This document shows positions 1 through 12,619 of a DNA stretch of 64,000 bases, one piece after another (position 1 is the first letter of the stretch; every line of letters starts with the position of its first letter). The notes beneath the pieces were generated by a model, which had not been told where the DNA came from, ran no database searches, and saw nothing but the letters and a program-made list of their open reading frames with translations. The stretch is from Octopus bimaculoides (taxonomy: Eukaryota): positions 44,395,170 through 44,459,169 of the forward strand of contig NC_068988.1 of the NCBI RefSeq assembly GCF_001194135.2, given 5' to 3'. Both the position numbers and the translations under genes were made by a program.

Positions 1-19
1 TGGTGATGATGATAATGAT

Positions 20-295
20 CATCATCATCATCATCATCGTTTAACGTCCGCTTTCCATGCTAGCATGGGTTGGACGATTTGACTGAGGACTGGTGAAACC
101 GGATGGCAACACCAGGCTCCAGTCTGATTTGGCAGAGTTTCTACAGCTGGATGCCCTTCCTAACGCCAACCACTCAGAGTGTAGTGGGTGCTTTTACGTG
201 TCACCCGCACGAAAACGGCCACGCTCGAAATGGTGTCTTTTATGTGCCACCCGCACAAGCCAGTCCAGGGGCACTGGCAACGATCTCGCTCGAAA
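20..295 (-). mobile_element. Young RTE-LINE 3'-end-derived repeat (family A) with (GAT)n tail
   Basis: Reverse complement ends CCAACCCATGCTAGCATGGAAAGCGGACGTTAAACG(ATG)n. Near-identical in inverted orientation to 55084-55345, whose upstream extension encodes an RTE ORF C-terminus. Confidence 0.85.
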
Positions 296-504
296 TGGCA
301 ATTGATCATTATGATGATGAGGATGATGATGTTGATGTTGATGATGATGATGATGATGATGATAGTGATGATGATGATGAAGCCTGAACATGATAGAGTA
401 TTCCTGGTCTAAATGATCATCACCAGCCAGCAAAAAGTGGTAAGTCATCCCAGCCCATAATATCTCAGAACTCCAGCACTGCATTCTTGTACTGTGCTAC
501 TTAC

Positions 505-775
505 TCATTTGCTCACTCATTTATCCACTCACTAACACTCACTCACCTCACTCATTCACTCACTCACTCACTCACTCACGGATAACCTCAGTTACTTATT
601 CATTGACACACTCTCTCATTCATAAATCCACATATATATACATACAGACCAGACCAGATCATACAAGACTAGACCAAACCAGATCAGATCAGGCTCAACC
701 AGACCAGACCAGACCAAACCAAACCAGACCAGACCAGACCAGACCAGACCAGACCAGACTAAACCAAACCAAATC
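505..775. repeat. (TCAC)n and (CAGAC/CAAAC)n simple repeats
   Basis: Directly visible; explains ORFs 603..941 and 616..831. Confidence 0.9.
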
Positions 776-1155
776 AGACAAATTGAGCCTGACCGAACCA
801 AATGAAATTGAACCATCAGCCTTGTCTGCAAAGCCCACTATTATTAACACATCTTCTGATATCTCCATTGATCTTTTAGTATTTCACATATCATTCACAT
901 CAACACTTTGGTTTCTAGAATGTTTTAACTTTTTATGTTAAATTGTTCATACAAATGCTGCCACTCCATCAATACACATCACCTAATGCCTATACTATCT
1001 TAGGCTTCATCTTTTTTATTCTATATCCTACTGCAGTATTAATATTTTGAGTTTCATTGCTCATGGTTCACAGCATCTTGTTCATTCACATCTCATACTC
1101 TGATTTTTTTGTTTTTTTATGAGGATAGAAAGCTTTGTGAAATAATAGATTACAA

Positions 1156-1371
1156 ATCCTTTTTACTATAAGCACAAGGCCTGAAACTTGGGGGAGGGGG
1201 ATAGTCGATTACATCAGCCCGAGTGGTCAACTCGTACTTATTTTATTGACCCTGAAAGGATAAAAGGCAAAGTTGACCTTGGTGCAATTTGAACTCAGAA
1301 GGTAAAGGCAGATGAAATGCCACTAAATATTTTGCCTGATGTGTTAACAATTTTACCAACTCAGCACCTTA
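1156..1371 (-). mobile_element. tRNA-derived SINE with Meta/MESC-like core (family B)
   Basis: Reverse complement of the core GTTCAAATTCCGCCGAGGTCGACTTTGCCTTTCATCCTTTCGGGGTCGATAAA..AGTACCA, which recurs more than 15 times in the window. The domain name is assigned by resemblance. Confidence 0.75.
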
Positions 1372-1509
1372 TATAGATTACAAATCATTACATATTTCCA
1401 CTTTATTTGTGTATGGGCTGTTACGCTTTTCCTACAACCACCTCTAGCACTAATTGCACCACTTAAGGAGTAAAACTAATCAATCTCTTTTAGGAAGCCA
1501 GCCTAGAAA

Positions 1510-1790
1510 GACCTTAATGCAGCACACAAGGGGGCTGATGAAAATATGCAATTTTCATGCTGGAAAATTTCCTGCTCGCTGCTATCAGCCCACAAATACA
1601 CTGCAATTGAGATACACAAAGTCTGAAGGATTGTGACTCTAGATTCACAATCAGTGACAATCGATATAAATAATGAAATACCATTTCTTGCTCATATTAT
1701 GAAGATGGTAACTATGAGTAAATTGTTAGCAGGATGGATTTTAGGATCATTTAGAATGAGAGAACGAGAAACTATGCTGGTCATTAATTT
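1510..1790 (+). mobile_element. Decayed CR1/L2-clade LINE reverse-transcriptase fragment
   Basis: Translates to NFHAGKFPARCY... and PFLAHIMKMVTMSKLLAGWILGSFRMRERETMLV, matching the CR1-type pattern FNxxKFQxLRY...FxxHIxK...GWILRTFxxRxxxTML. Confidence 0.65.
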
Positions 1791-1807
1791 TCTTTGTTAA
1801 CTCCTAT

Positions 1808-2660
1808 CCTACTTTAGGTTTCACATCTATCCTTTCCTAAACCCCTGTCAACTTCTTAGACGTTTGTGTCCCCATTGACGACTTACCTTTTCAGCTCCTC
1901 CTATTACGAATTGACTTACTTCTCCTATCCTGATTTCACCTTATCCCACCAAATCAACTGTCTCCTTTTTATCATTCCTCCATCTTTGTCATCTCTGTAT
2001 CTGGGACTGCTCACACTGTCACATCTTTACTATTCACTACACTTTTGCGTTTCTGCTCTGTATCTGACTCACTACTACCTGCCCCACTTTCTCATCACTT
2101 TCCATCCTGTTATCTGATTGCTCCAGCACAACTTCCATCCCCTCTAATCAAACACTGATACATCCTACATCTTCCTTGAACACTCACTTCCAGCCATCAA
2201 ACCAACCCACAACCTATGCAAACTTTTGGTCTACAGTTTCTTTCTACTCTCCACACCCAATCCAGATCCTTGTCTTGATCCCCCATCCATTGAAACACCC
2301 ATCCCTTTATCTACAACATCAGCACTCACATATCCTTGGTTCATCTTTCCATTTAATAGACTCCTTCATCTGTACCTCCAAAAATATCCTACTCTGTAAA
2401 ATGCTAACTATGTGGTGTATTGTAGATAGGTAAACCTGGTCAGGGGCTGGCTGATTGCTTCAAAGAAAATTTTTGATGTTTGATGAAGTAGCAATGGATC
2501 AGAAAAGCTTGTTTCTCATAATTTCAATACTTCAGAACCTTCCCATCAGTATCTTGATGTCTCCAGTCTTATACAACACCATGGTATTCCCATATCATAT
2601 TTTAGTCATTAATAACAATTTATCTCCACTTAACACAACTGAATTGCTTTCCTCTAACAC
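1808..2660 (+). mobile_element. Old Penelope-like element remnant (RT C-terminus plus GIY-YIG endonuclease)
   Basis: Frameshifted motifs in the expected order: PTLGFT..VNFLDV; SYPDFTLSH (cf. SYLDFTSSHP); FICTSKNI/YSVKC*LCGVL*IGKPGQGLADCFKEN (cf. FTCTSxNVIYCIxCxxCxxLYIGETGRRLADRFREH). Confidence 0.7.
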
Positions 2661-2669
2661 CTCTCATAT

Positions 2670-3497
2670 ACCTACCTACTTACCTACCTACTTACCTACC
2701 TACCTACCTACCTACCTACATACATACATACATACATACCTACCTACCTACCTACCTACCGACCTACCTACCTACCTACATACATACATACATACATACC
2801 TACCTACCTACCTACCTACCTACTTACCTACCTACCTACCTATGTAATTACCTGCTTACCTACCTACCTACCTACCTACCTACATACCTACCTACCTACC
2901 TACCTACCTACCTACCTACCTACTTACTTACCTACCTACCTATGNNNNNNNNNNNNNNNNNNNNNNNNNNNNNNNNNNNNNNNNNNNNNNNNNNNNNNNN
3001 NNNNNNNNNNNNNNNNNNNNNNNNNNNNNNNNNNNNNNNNNNNNNNNNNNNNNNNNNNNNNNNNNNNNNNNNNNNNNNNNNNNNNNNNNNNNNNNNNNNN
3101 NNNNNNNNNNNNNNNNNNNNNNNNNNNNNNNNNNNNNNNNNNNNNNNNNNNNNNNNNNNNNNNNNNNNNNNNNNNNNNTACCTACCTACCTACCTACCTA
3201 CCTACCTACCTACCTACCTACCTACATACCTACCTACCTACCTACCTACCTACCTACTTACCTACCTACCTACCTATGTAATTACCTGCTTACCTACCTA
3301 CCTACCTACCTACCTACATACCTACCTACCTACCTACCTACCTACCTACCTACCTACTTACTTACCTACCTACCTATGTAATTACCTGCTTACCTACCTA
3401 CTTACCTTCCTACCTACCTATGTAATTACCTGCTTACCTACCTATGTAATTACCTACCTACCTACCTACCTACCTACTTACCTACCTACCTACCTAT
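2670..3497. repeat. (CTAC)n tetranucleotide array with recurring TATGTAATTACCTG interruptions; spans an N-gap
   Basis: Directly visible; source of the YLPT-repeat ORFs. Confidence 0.95.
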
Positions 3498-3499
3498 AT

Positions 3500-3825
3500 A
3501 ATAACTGGTACTCTGTCAGTTATGACACTAAGTGTTCCAGTTGACCCAATGAATGAAACAGTCTGCTTATGAAATTAACGTGCAAGTGGCTGAGCACTCC
3601 ACAGACATATAACCTTAACGTAGTTCTCAGAGAAATTCAGCATGACACAGAATGTAACAAAGTTGGCCCCTTGAAATACAACTACTACTCATTTTTGCCA
3701 GCTGAGTGGACTGGAACAATGTGAAATAAAGTGTCTTGTCCAAAACACAACACACTGTTGGTTTTCTAACTCATGACTGTAAGATCATGATCCGATTACC
3801 TAACTGCTAAGCCATGTGCCTTCAC
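3500..3825 (-). mobile_element. Chimeric SINE: CORE-type head plus the 3' domain of family D
   Basis: Minus strand has a tRNA-like head and CORE (GTGTTTTGGACAAGACACTTTATTTCACATTGTTCCAGTCCACTCAGC), then the ACGTTAAG..GTCTGTGGAGTGCTCAGCCACTTGCACGTTAATTTCA segment shared with 14988-15360 and 54017-54418. Confidence 0.7.
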
Positions 3826-3845
3826 AAACACACACACACATACTT

Positions 3846-3885
<40 letters not shown>

Positions 3886-3974
3886 TGAACTGGCTTCCAC
3901 TCAGTTTCCTTATACTCAATTCAACTTGATTCACTCATAAAGCATTGGTCTGTTGTATTGATAATATTCAATAT

Positions 3975-4180
3975 AGTTAAAATGCTGATGATGACAACAA
4001 CAACAATGACAACGACAGCAGTGATGATGATGATGACGATGATGATGACAACGATGACGATGTTGATAATGATGATGATGATAATGACGACGACGACAAT
4101 GATGACAATGATGACGATGTTGATAATGATGATTTTGATGACGATGATGACGACAATGATGACGATGTTGATAATGATGT

Positions 4181-4211
<31 letters not shown>

Positions 4212-4212
4212 A
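3975..4212. repeat. (GAT/GAC)n trinucleotide tract
   Basis: Directly visible. Confidence 0.95.
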
Positions 4213-4827
4213 TTTATTGTGGTCCTATTGCCCTGAGTTATGCTATTTTTAAAACAGAAATCAATCAGTTTGTGTGCTGGAATCAGTAGCGCAAAGGACA
4301 CGAATTCCATGTACATTAAAAGGTTCTCCTCACAGTCAAAGATTAAAATCTGCAAGGGTAGACTTAGTATTTTATCTTTTGGGGGATAGATTCAATAAGT
4401 TCCAGTCCAATACCGGTTTGGTGTTGAGTTGATTAAATCTGCTGCCCACCTATTTCAACATTGTGGACTTGTTCCGGAGGTTGATATTTTCAAGACGACA
4501 ATGAATTTGCTGAATGAAATGCTGTTGCTATCTTCTATGTGTTATAGGAAGCTATGTAGATAATTCTTTGTAAGTTTGGTGTATTATCATATTTCGTTGT
4601 ATTACATAATGCTTTTGTGTTATGGTGATATTGAAAAGATAAATTTAAATACAAACATTTACATATATTGAAATGATAAAAGGAAAATTAGAAAATTTCA
4701 GTAAAAGATATATCAGGAGATTATATGAAATTGTAAGACAGAAAATATTTCTTGTATTTTTGGTAATATAAAGCATTTACATATAATACATGCGTATATG
4801 TATGAATATATATACTTACATACATAT

Positions 4828-4886
<59 letters not shown>

Positions 4887-5192
4887 TACATACATACATA
4901 TATATAAATACAAATATGATGATGATGTATATGTATTTATGTGTGTATATATTAATAGAAATACATATATAAACAAATACTTATTCAAGCACATTTATAT
5001 GTAGACCCATATTTATGTCTCTGCATTCACATAATATATTAACTTATATTAAATATGTATGTTCTGTATGGTCCTTTATATACAATCTGTATAAATATAT
5101 ATATTTATTTCTATGAATGCTTATATACACATGTTAACATACACACATATATACACAAGTATACACATAAATACATCCAAACACAAATATAT

Positions 5193-5236
<44 letters not shown>

Positions 5237-5721
5237 ATGTGTATGGGGAGGGTACATGTGAATGTATTAATAATGGTTGAATTCTGTGGAATTAAAATGC
5301 TAGAGAAAAGACACATCTGTTTGCTTATCATCCTATAGAATGGTGAAGCATTTGGCAAGTTTGTGCAGGGGTGTGTGAGAGAACAGTGACCAGAGTCATA
5401 ATTTAGAAATTCCTTGAAAATTTCACGAAAATATATATGAACATTAGAAATTCAATCAAGGTTGATTTGTGATCCAAAATATGCTTGCACTCACTTGAGT
5501 GCATGAGCACCCCCCCCCCCCACTCTCTCATGTGCGTTACTGCATGTAAAAGTATATATATAAATATATGCAATCTCACTTGCAAAAATAAGAATACATT
5601 CATGCATTAAGTTACATACATACACACATACAAACTGATATCAATATATGCGTATATGTGTGGCAGCATGATTTAAATGTATATTATAGATATATGCATG
5701 CATAGACAAGAATATGTGAAT

Positions 5722-5780
5722 CTGTCCAACCCATGCTAGCATGGAAAGCGGACGTTAAACGATGATGATGATGATGATGA
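5722..5780 (+). mobile_element. 3' tip of family A repeat (heavily 5'-truncated)
   Basis: GTCCAACCCATGCTAGCATGGAAAGCGGACGTTAAACG(ATG)n, the same terminus as 55308-55365. Confidence 0.8.
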
Positions 5781-5819
5781 TATATATATATATATATATA
5801 TTTAGATGAGTATACTTAT

Positions 5820-5834
5820 CTGTCTAGCTGTCTA

Positions 5835-5867
<33 letters not shown>

Positions 5868-6041
5868 TTATCTATCTATCTATCTATCTATCCATCTATC
5901 TATCTATCTATCTATCCGTCTGTCTGTCCGTCCATCCATCCATCCATCCATCCATCCATCCCTTCATCTCTTTCTCTCTCTCTCTCTCTCTAACTCTATC
6001 TGTCTATCTGTCTGTCTATCTGTCTGTTTGTCTGTCTGTCC

Positions 6042-6084
<43 letters not shown>

Positions 6085-6102
6085 CATCTGTCTGTCCGTC
6101 CA

Positions 6103-6138
<36 letters not shown>

Positions 6139-6218
6139 GCTCTCTCTCTCTCTTTCGCTCTCTCTCTCTCTTTCGCTCTCTCTCTCTGTTTCGCTCTCTC
6201 TCTCTCTCTTTCTCTCTG

Positions 6219-6311
<93 letters not shown>

Positions 6312-6312
6312 A
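5820..6312. repeat. Compound (CTGT)(CTAT)(CCAT)(CT)n microsatellite
   Basis: Directly visible; source of ORF 5806..6315. Confidence 0.95.
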
Positions 6313-6603
6313 TAGAAAAGGTTGTGTATTTGTGTACGTGCATGTGTTTCTGTCTGTGCATCCATACACTTAAAAATGTATAGATTCACAAAATGGTTAC
6401 ATAAATGTAAGTATGCAGTAGGTATAAATATATGAATGCGCTCATATTAACATATAGATTCTGTGTATCTAAAACAGGAAATTATGCTACTCTTGATAAT
6501 GTATGCTGTGTATGTATTTGAACATATTTGTATACAGTTATGTAATAAGGGATACATGTGATTGGAGGTACAAGTGAGCATGTGAGTGTGTGCATGTGTA
6601 ATA

Positions 6604-7048
6604 TAGCATCATCATCATCATCATCATCATCGTCATTGTCATACTCATTGTTATCATCATCATAACCATTGTCGTCGTTGTCATTATTTCCATCATCATC
6701 GTCATCGTCATCGTCATCATCATCATCATCATCATTGTCATCATCATCATTATCATCATCGTCGTCATCGTCATCATTGTTGTTGTTGTTGTCATTATCG
6801 TTGTCACCATTGTCATCATCATTGTCATCATCGTCGTTGTTGTTGTCATCATCATCATCGTCAGCATTGCAATTGTTGTCATTATTGTCATCATCGTCAT
6901 CATCATCATTGTTTTTGTCATCATCATTGTTACCATTGTCATCGCTGTCATTATTGTCATCATCATCGTCATCATCGTTGTCATTGCCATCGTCATCATC
7001 ATCATCATCATCATCATCGTCATCGTCATTGTCATCGTCATCGTCATC
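6604..7048. repeat. (CAT/CGT)n trinucleotide tract
   Basis: Directly visible; source of ORFs 6538..7047 and 6669..7103. Confidence 0.95.
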
Positions 7049-7049
7049 A

Positions 7050-7920
7050 GAGAAATTTAAGACTGGTTTTCCATGGGAACTTCAGATGACCTTCTTCTTA
7101 TAGCTGAGTTTGTAATAGAATTAGAAATGAAGTTCCAAACATGGAAGCAAAATCTGAAATCTAGTGGCATCAAAATGAATTTAGCACAGCCTAAAATCAC
7201 TGCAACTAGGAGGAAGAAGGCAGAACCCTGCTGCCATTAGGGAAATAGCTATGCTTTGGATGCAGAAAAAGAGTCAGCAGAAATTTTGTATAATATACCC
7301 AGTGTAAACTATGGACACGCAAGAGATGTAGTGAGATCACTGATAGACTAACAGTGAAAGTACACTCCACATGTGATAAGTGCACAGGGGCAGTAAGTAC
7401 TAAGAGCACTTGTGAATTAGACTCCATTCAATGCTCAAGTAGCACTTTAGAAGTAGATAGCTTTTGTTATTCTGGAGACCTGGTTAGTAGATAACTTTTG
7501 TTACTCTAGAGAGACCTGGTTAGTATTCTGAGAGTATTGTAACCACAGAAAGAGCTGGTTGTAACATTTTCTAAGAATTATTACCTCTCCTGGCAATAAA
7601 GGACTTCTTTTACAGAGTGAAAGGCAGTTTGTATGTAATGATGCTTACATGTGAATAGGGAAGTTGCATGGTAGCAAGATGTGGACCTTGAATGTAGATG
7701 ATTTGCAAAGACTAGAAAGAATGTGTTTCACTGTAATACTAATAATTATGAAAGGCAGCACAAATAAGCTGAGAGAAAAACTGAACATAAGAGGAATGAA
7801 ATCTAGTGTGCAAGAAGAGAAGATTGCATTGTTGTGAGCATGTGACATGTATGGGAGAAGAGAGCTGTATAAAGAAATGTCACACACTCAAAGTAGATGG
7901 AACCTGTGGAAGAGGGTAAG
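7050..7920 (+). mobile_element. Decayed RTE-clade LINE (RT through C-terminal region)
   Basis: Frameshifted motifs EKFKTGFPWEL.DDLLLIAE..ELEMKFQTWKQNLKSSGIKMNL, DSFCYSGDLVS, LPLLAIK, LHGSKMWTLNVDDLQRLER, LREKLNIRGMK, all typical of RTE ORFs. Confidence 0.8.
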
Positions 7921-9254
7921 TGATGAAATCATAGGACAGATCTGAAGTTGTGGTATCTCAGGGAAGAGACGAGAAAGCAGGCATGTACCATCAGTAATTA
8001 CTCAGGGTAGGCATCTGGTGATGTTTATGTTGTAAAATACAAAAAAATAAGCGAAACACAAGCGCACGACTAAGTTGGAGGCAGATTTACTTCTGCCTTT
8101 ATAGCGCGTAAAGAAAACGTTGTTGTAGGAATGTACGCCACACGTGTACTACAGCAGTCTTATGCATAGCTTAAATACTGAAATTGAAAGGCAGGAGCAA
8201 ATTATTGCCTACCTTATCTCCCAAAAAATAAAATATTTTGTATTTTATGCAGAGTAATCAGAGTAACCTTCATAATTAAAAAAAAAAGAAAACAAATGAA
8301 AGAATATACATATACACACACATGTATGCATACACATGTATACATACACATATACACACTTGTAAAAAATACACATCAATCTTATGAAATATTTTTATAT
8401 ATAATCATGCGTAACAGATGACAATACAACTTCATATGCACACACTTAATGAAAATATGCATACACGTACACAAAACATTGAGGATAAAACAACTACACA
8501 GAAGCACACACACACACACACAATACAAAGACACACACACATTAAACTTACATGCATTCAAACACGCATGCATACACATACATATAGAACCATATTGAAA
8601 TATTTAAAAGTAAAAATCACTTTGGTTAATGTCAATTTTCTAAAAGCTATTTCAGGTTTAAAGGGAAATGTTTTCTTTCCTACCTGGAAAACTTGCCTAA
8701 GGCTTCAAGGAAGAATTAACATTTTATTATGAGAAGGTTCGGCTGAGGAAGTAAATCGACTGCATTCAAATATGTGTACGTATGCATGGATATCAATGTA
8801 TAAGGTGTGTCTATATACACAAGCAAACATCCTGACAGATGGACAGACAGACAAGGAGACACATATATTTATATGCTACTGTTTTTCTTGTTAGTGTGTA
8901 AGGCACTATATTTTTTCAGAAGAAAACAGGAAGTTATGGCACTTGTGTATTTCTCTGGGGTATCATTGATAGAAATGAATTGAAATGATGTTAACTGGAA
9001 TCAAATCAGCCTCTTGCTTCATCAAGAGCTTTTCTCTTCATAGTGTTTTATCCTGGAATGAATGAATACACTTTTTTAAAATTTTTATTTAATTTCTCCA
9101 GAGAGGTGGCGGAGTTGGGTTTTAATGGTGAGACAAAGAGAATCCCTTGACTAGAAATTAGTCAAGAAATAAGTCAAAATCATCAGAATAACTGGGATGA
9201 GTACCATTCATGAATGTTTGTGTGAGTGTGTGTGTGTGTGTGTGTGTGTTTATA

Positions 9255-9540
9255 TCATCATCATCATCATCATTGTTTAACGTCTGCCTTCCATGCTAGC
9301 ATGGGTTGGACGATTTGACTGAGGACTGTCGAACCAGATGGCTACAGCAGGCTCCAATCTGATCTGGCAGAGTTTCTACAGCTGGATGCTCTTCCTAACG
9401 CCAACCACCCTGAGAGTGTAGTGGGTGCTTTTATGTGCCACCGGCATAAAGGCCAGTAGTCAGGTGGTACTGACAATGGCCACACTCAAAATGGTGTATT
9501 TTACGTGCCACCTGCACAGGAGCCAGTCCAGCGGCACTGA
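9255..9540 (-). mobile_element. Family A (RTE 3'-derived) repeat
   Basis: Aligns to 20-295 in the same orientation, with moderate divergence. Confidence 0.8.
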
Positions 9541-11089
9541 TTCTTTTATTCTTTTATTTGTTTCTGTCATTTGACTGCAGCCATGCTGGAGCACCGCCTT
9601 TAGTCAAACAAATCGACCCCGGGACTTATTCTTTGTAAGCCTAGTACTTATTCTATTGGTCTCTTTTGCCAAACCACTAAGTTACGGGGATGTAAACACA
9701 CCAACATCGGTTGTCAAGCAGTGGCAGGGGACAAACAGACACACAAACATATACATATGTATACACACACACACACACATATATATATATAAAAGATAAT
9801 AAGAGTGAAAAAACTACAGAAGGCTTGTGTTACATGGTTAAAGTATATATTTAAATTATGTCAGAAAAATGTTATAAAATTTTTTTGGTATATAAACATT
9901 GTATTTTGGAGAAATAACNNNNNNNNNNNNNNNNNNNNNNNNNNNNNNNNNNNNNNNNNNNNNNNNNNNNNNNNNNNNNNNNNNNNNNNNNNNNNNNNNN
10001 NNNNNNNNNNNNNNNNNNNNNNNNNNNNNNNNNNNNNNNNNNNNNNNNNNNNNNNNNNNNNNNNNNNNNNNNNNNNNNNNNNNNNNNNNNNNNNNNNNNN
10101 NNNNNNNNNNNNNNNNNNNNNNNNNNNNNNNNNNNNNNNNNNNNNNNNNNNNNNNNNNNNNNNNNNNNNNNNNNNNNNNNNNNNNNNNNNNNNNNNNNNN
10201 NNNNNNNNNNNNNNNNNNNNNNNNNNNNNNNNNNNNNNNNNNNNNNNNNNNNNNNNNNNNNNNNNNNNNNNNNNNNNNNNNNNNNNNNNNNNNNNNNNNN
10301 NNNNNNNNNNNNNNNNNNNNNNNNNNNNNNNNNNNNNNNNNNNNNNNNNNNNNNNNNNNNNNNNNNNNNNNNNNNNNNNNNNNNNNNNNNNNNNNNNNNN
10401 NNNNNNNNNNNNNNNNNNNNNNNNNNNNNNNNNNNNNNNNNNNNNNNNNNNNNNNNNNNNNNNNNNNNNNNNNNNNNNNNNNNNNNNNNNNNNNNNNNNN
10501 NNNNNNNNNNNNNNNNNNNNNNNNNNNNNNNNNNNNNNNNNNNNNNNNNNNNNNNNNNNNNNNNNNNNNNNNNNNNNNNNNNNNNNNNNNNNNNNNNNNN
10601 NNNNNNNNNNNNNNNNNNNNNNNNNNNNNNNNNNNNGAAAATAATTTAGCCTTTGTGAGGATCTTTTTCAATGATTTTGGTTGTTTGTAGCTTTTAATGA
10701 TTTTGTGTGTGTGTAGAATTTCCTTTAATTTGGGGTCCTTATGTAGCATTGGTATGTTTTGGGTGATGATGGTGAAGGCTTCTTTGTTTCTGGGGTTGTA
10801 TGTGGATATGTATGGCAGTATTTTTGGGGAAGGTGTGTTGCTGTGTTTAACTTTTCTTAAGTTTTCTATGTCGATTTGTGATGCACGTCTGATCCCATCC
10901 TTGTTGTATATATATATATATATATATATATACAACAAGCATCTTTCTGTTTCCATTTACCAAATCCACTCACAAGCTTTTGGTCGGCCTGAGGCTATAG
11001 CAGGACACTTGCCTAAGGTGCCATGCAGTGACACTGAACCCGGAACCATATGGTTGATAAGCAAGCTACTTACCACATAGCCACTCCTG
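9541..11089 (-). mobile_element. CORE-SINE (family C) split at its internal (TA)n by a PLE
   Basis: 3' half at 9541-9790 and tRNA head/CORE (GGCACCTTAGGCAAGTGTC on the minus strand) at 10907-11089, same strand and collinear with intact copies such as 50417-50880. Confidence 0.75.
9791..10906 (-). mobile_element. Penelope-like element fragment inserted in (TA)n; largely within an N-gap
   Basis: Minus-strand open frame KILPYISTYNPRNKEAFTIITQNIPMLHKDPKLKEILHTHKIIKSYKQPKSLKKILTKAKLF matches the PLE linker preceding GIY-YIG (TYNP...IKSxRQPxNLKxILTxAK). Confidence 0.7.
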
Positions 11090-12619
11090 AATACAAGTCA
11101 ATGTATATCTGTATAAATGCATGCATATACATGTGTTTATATGAGACAACTTCTGCAAAGTTTTGCAGACTTGAACAGTTACAATCACAGATGGAACACA
11201 TAGCTGCCAATTAATGGTGCCTTCAGAATTTTTTGTGAAGATCAATTTAGATTTATAAAGTCTGTTGATGAGTCAGCCATCTGGTCACATGACTTAGTAC
11301 CCTAATAATCACAGGTATGAAAATAAGTTCATATACTAGGTGTAAAATATATAAATGTTTCTTCTTTCATGGTAATAGATGTTAAGTTTTTCATTAGTTT
11401 GGAAGTAATATTTATACACTTACTTAACAAAACAAGTTATTTTTTTTTATTCTATGTTCCAGAGAATCACATGTTGCATTCCTTACTTGCATGTGTATAT
11501 GTATGTATATTTCACAACATGCAGCTTCTGTATTGGTTTCCTCTGCTAACCATTCTAGAAATTGCTTTGTATAATATTTTTCTTGCAATATCATGTTTTA
11601 TAGGATGACAGGTATTACTGTCATTATATTTTTGTACAGCTACAATAATGTAAACAATATTCAACAAAAATTCCACATAACCAGCAATGCTTGTAGAATT
11701 TGGGTGTATTGCTAATATACTATCCTTTTTGTAACTAAAAAGTCTTTGTTGATATTTCCTGTTTTTGGTTGCCAAAGCATACCTCTCAAAAGGAAAATTA
11801 GCTGTCACTTTTCTCAGCTTTTCTCAAAAGGAAAATTAGCTGTCATTTTTCTCAGTTTTTCTCAATTCTTTTTATCCTTGTTAGTATCATTCAGTCAACA
11901 TAGTCTTGCATCATTAACTATTGGGGAAAAAATAAGTAAACAGACAAACCATAAATATGTGAATTCTGTGCATATTTTTCCTTAATATTCTTTAATTTCA
12001 AATTCAAGTTTCTAATCCCACCAAATATTATGAAAAGACAATTATCACCCTTGTAACACTTGTCCACTAGGGGATGATGCATGTACAAAGTTATCCTTTC
12101 AAAACTTCATCAACCTAATCATCTAAGATATACATTTCTGACCATTCAGTACAAAATATTTATTTCTCATTATTATATATTCAGTTAGTGGCAATTCATG
12201 TCTTTACTTTCTGAGTTCAAATTCCGCTGAGGTCAGCTTTGTTTTCATCCTTTCAAGGTTGATTAAATAAGTTAGGTAGGATGATGTCTATATTACAATA
12301 ATCAATACTACGATCATGAAATTAGCATTAGCTTATCTCACTCTTTCTTGCAGAACCCCTAGGAACCTTTTGTGGAAACCTAGGAAACTGGGGAACCCCA
12401 GTTGAGAAATGCTGGGGCCTCACTGAAATGAGAAGGGACCAGAATTTGTGGCAATTTGTTGTACTTGAGAAGACATGTCAAGCTAAGTAAAAGGCAGTGC
12501 TCCAGCATGGCTGTAGTCAAATGACTGAAACAAATAAAAGAATAAGTAAAATTGTGGCCACCCATGCACACAGGCATATCTGTTATGGTCATTCCTCTCC
12601 CTCCTCTCCCAGCTGAGAG

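Noticed and set aside
11262-11295. Adjacent AP-1 (TGAGTCA) and M-box-like (GTCACATGAC) motifs
   Set aside because: Two short motifs are expected by chance in 64 kb without supporting data.
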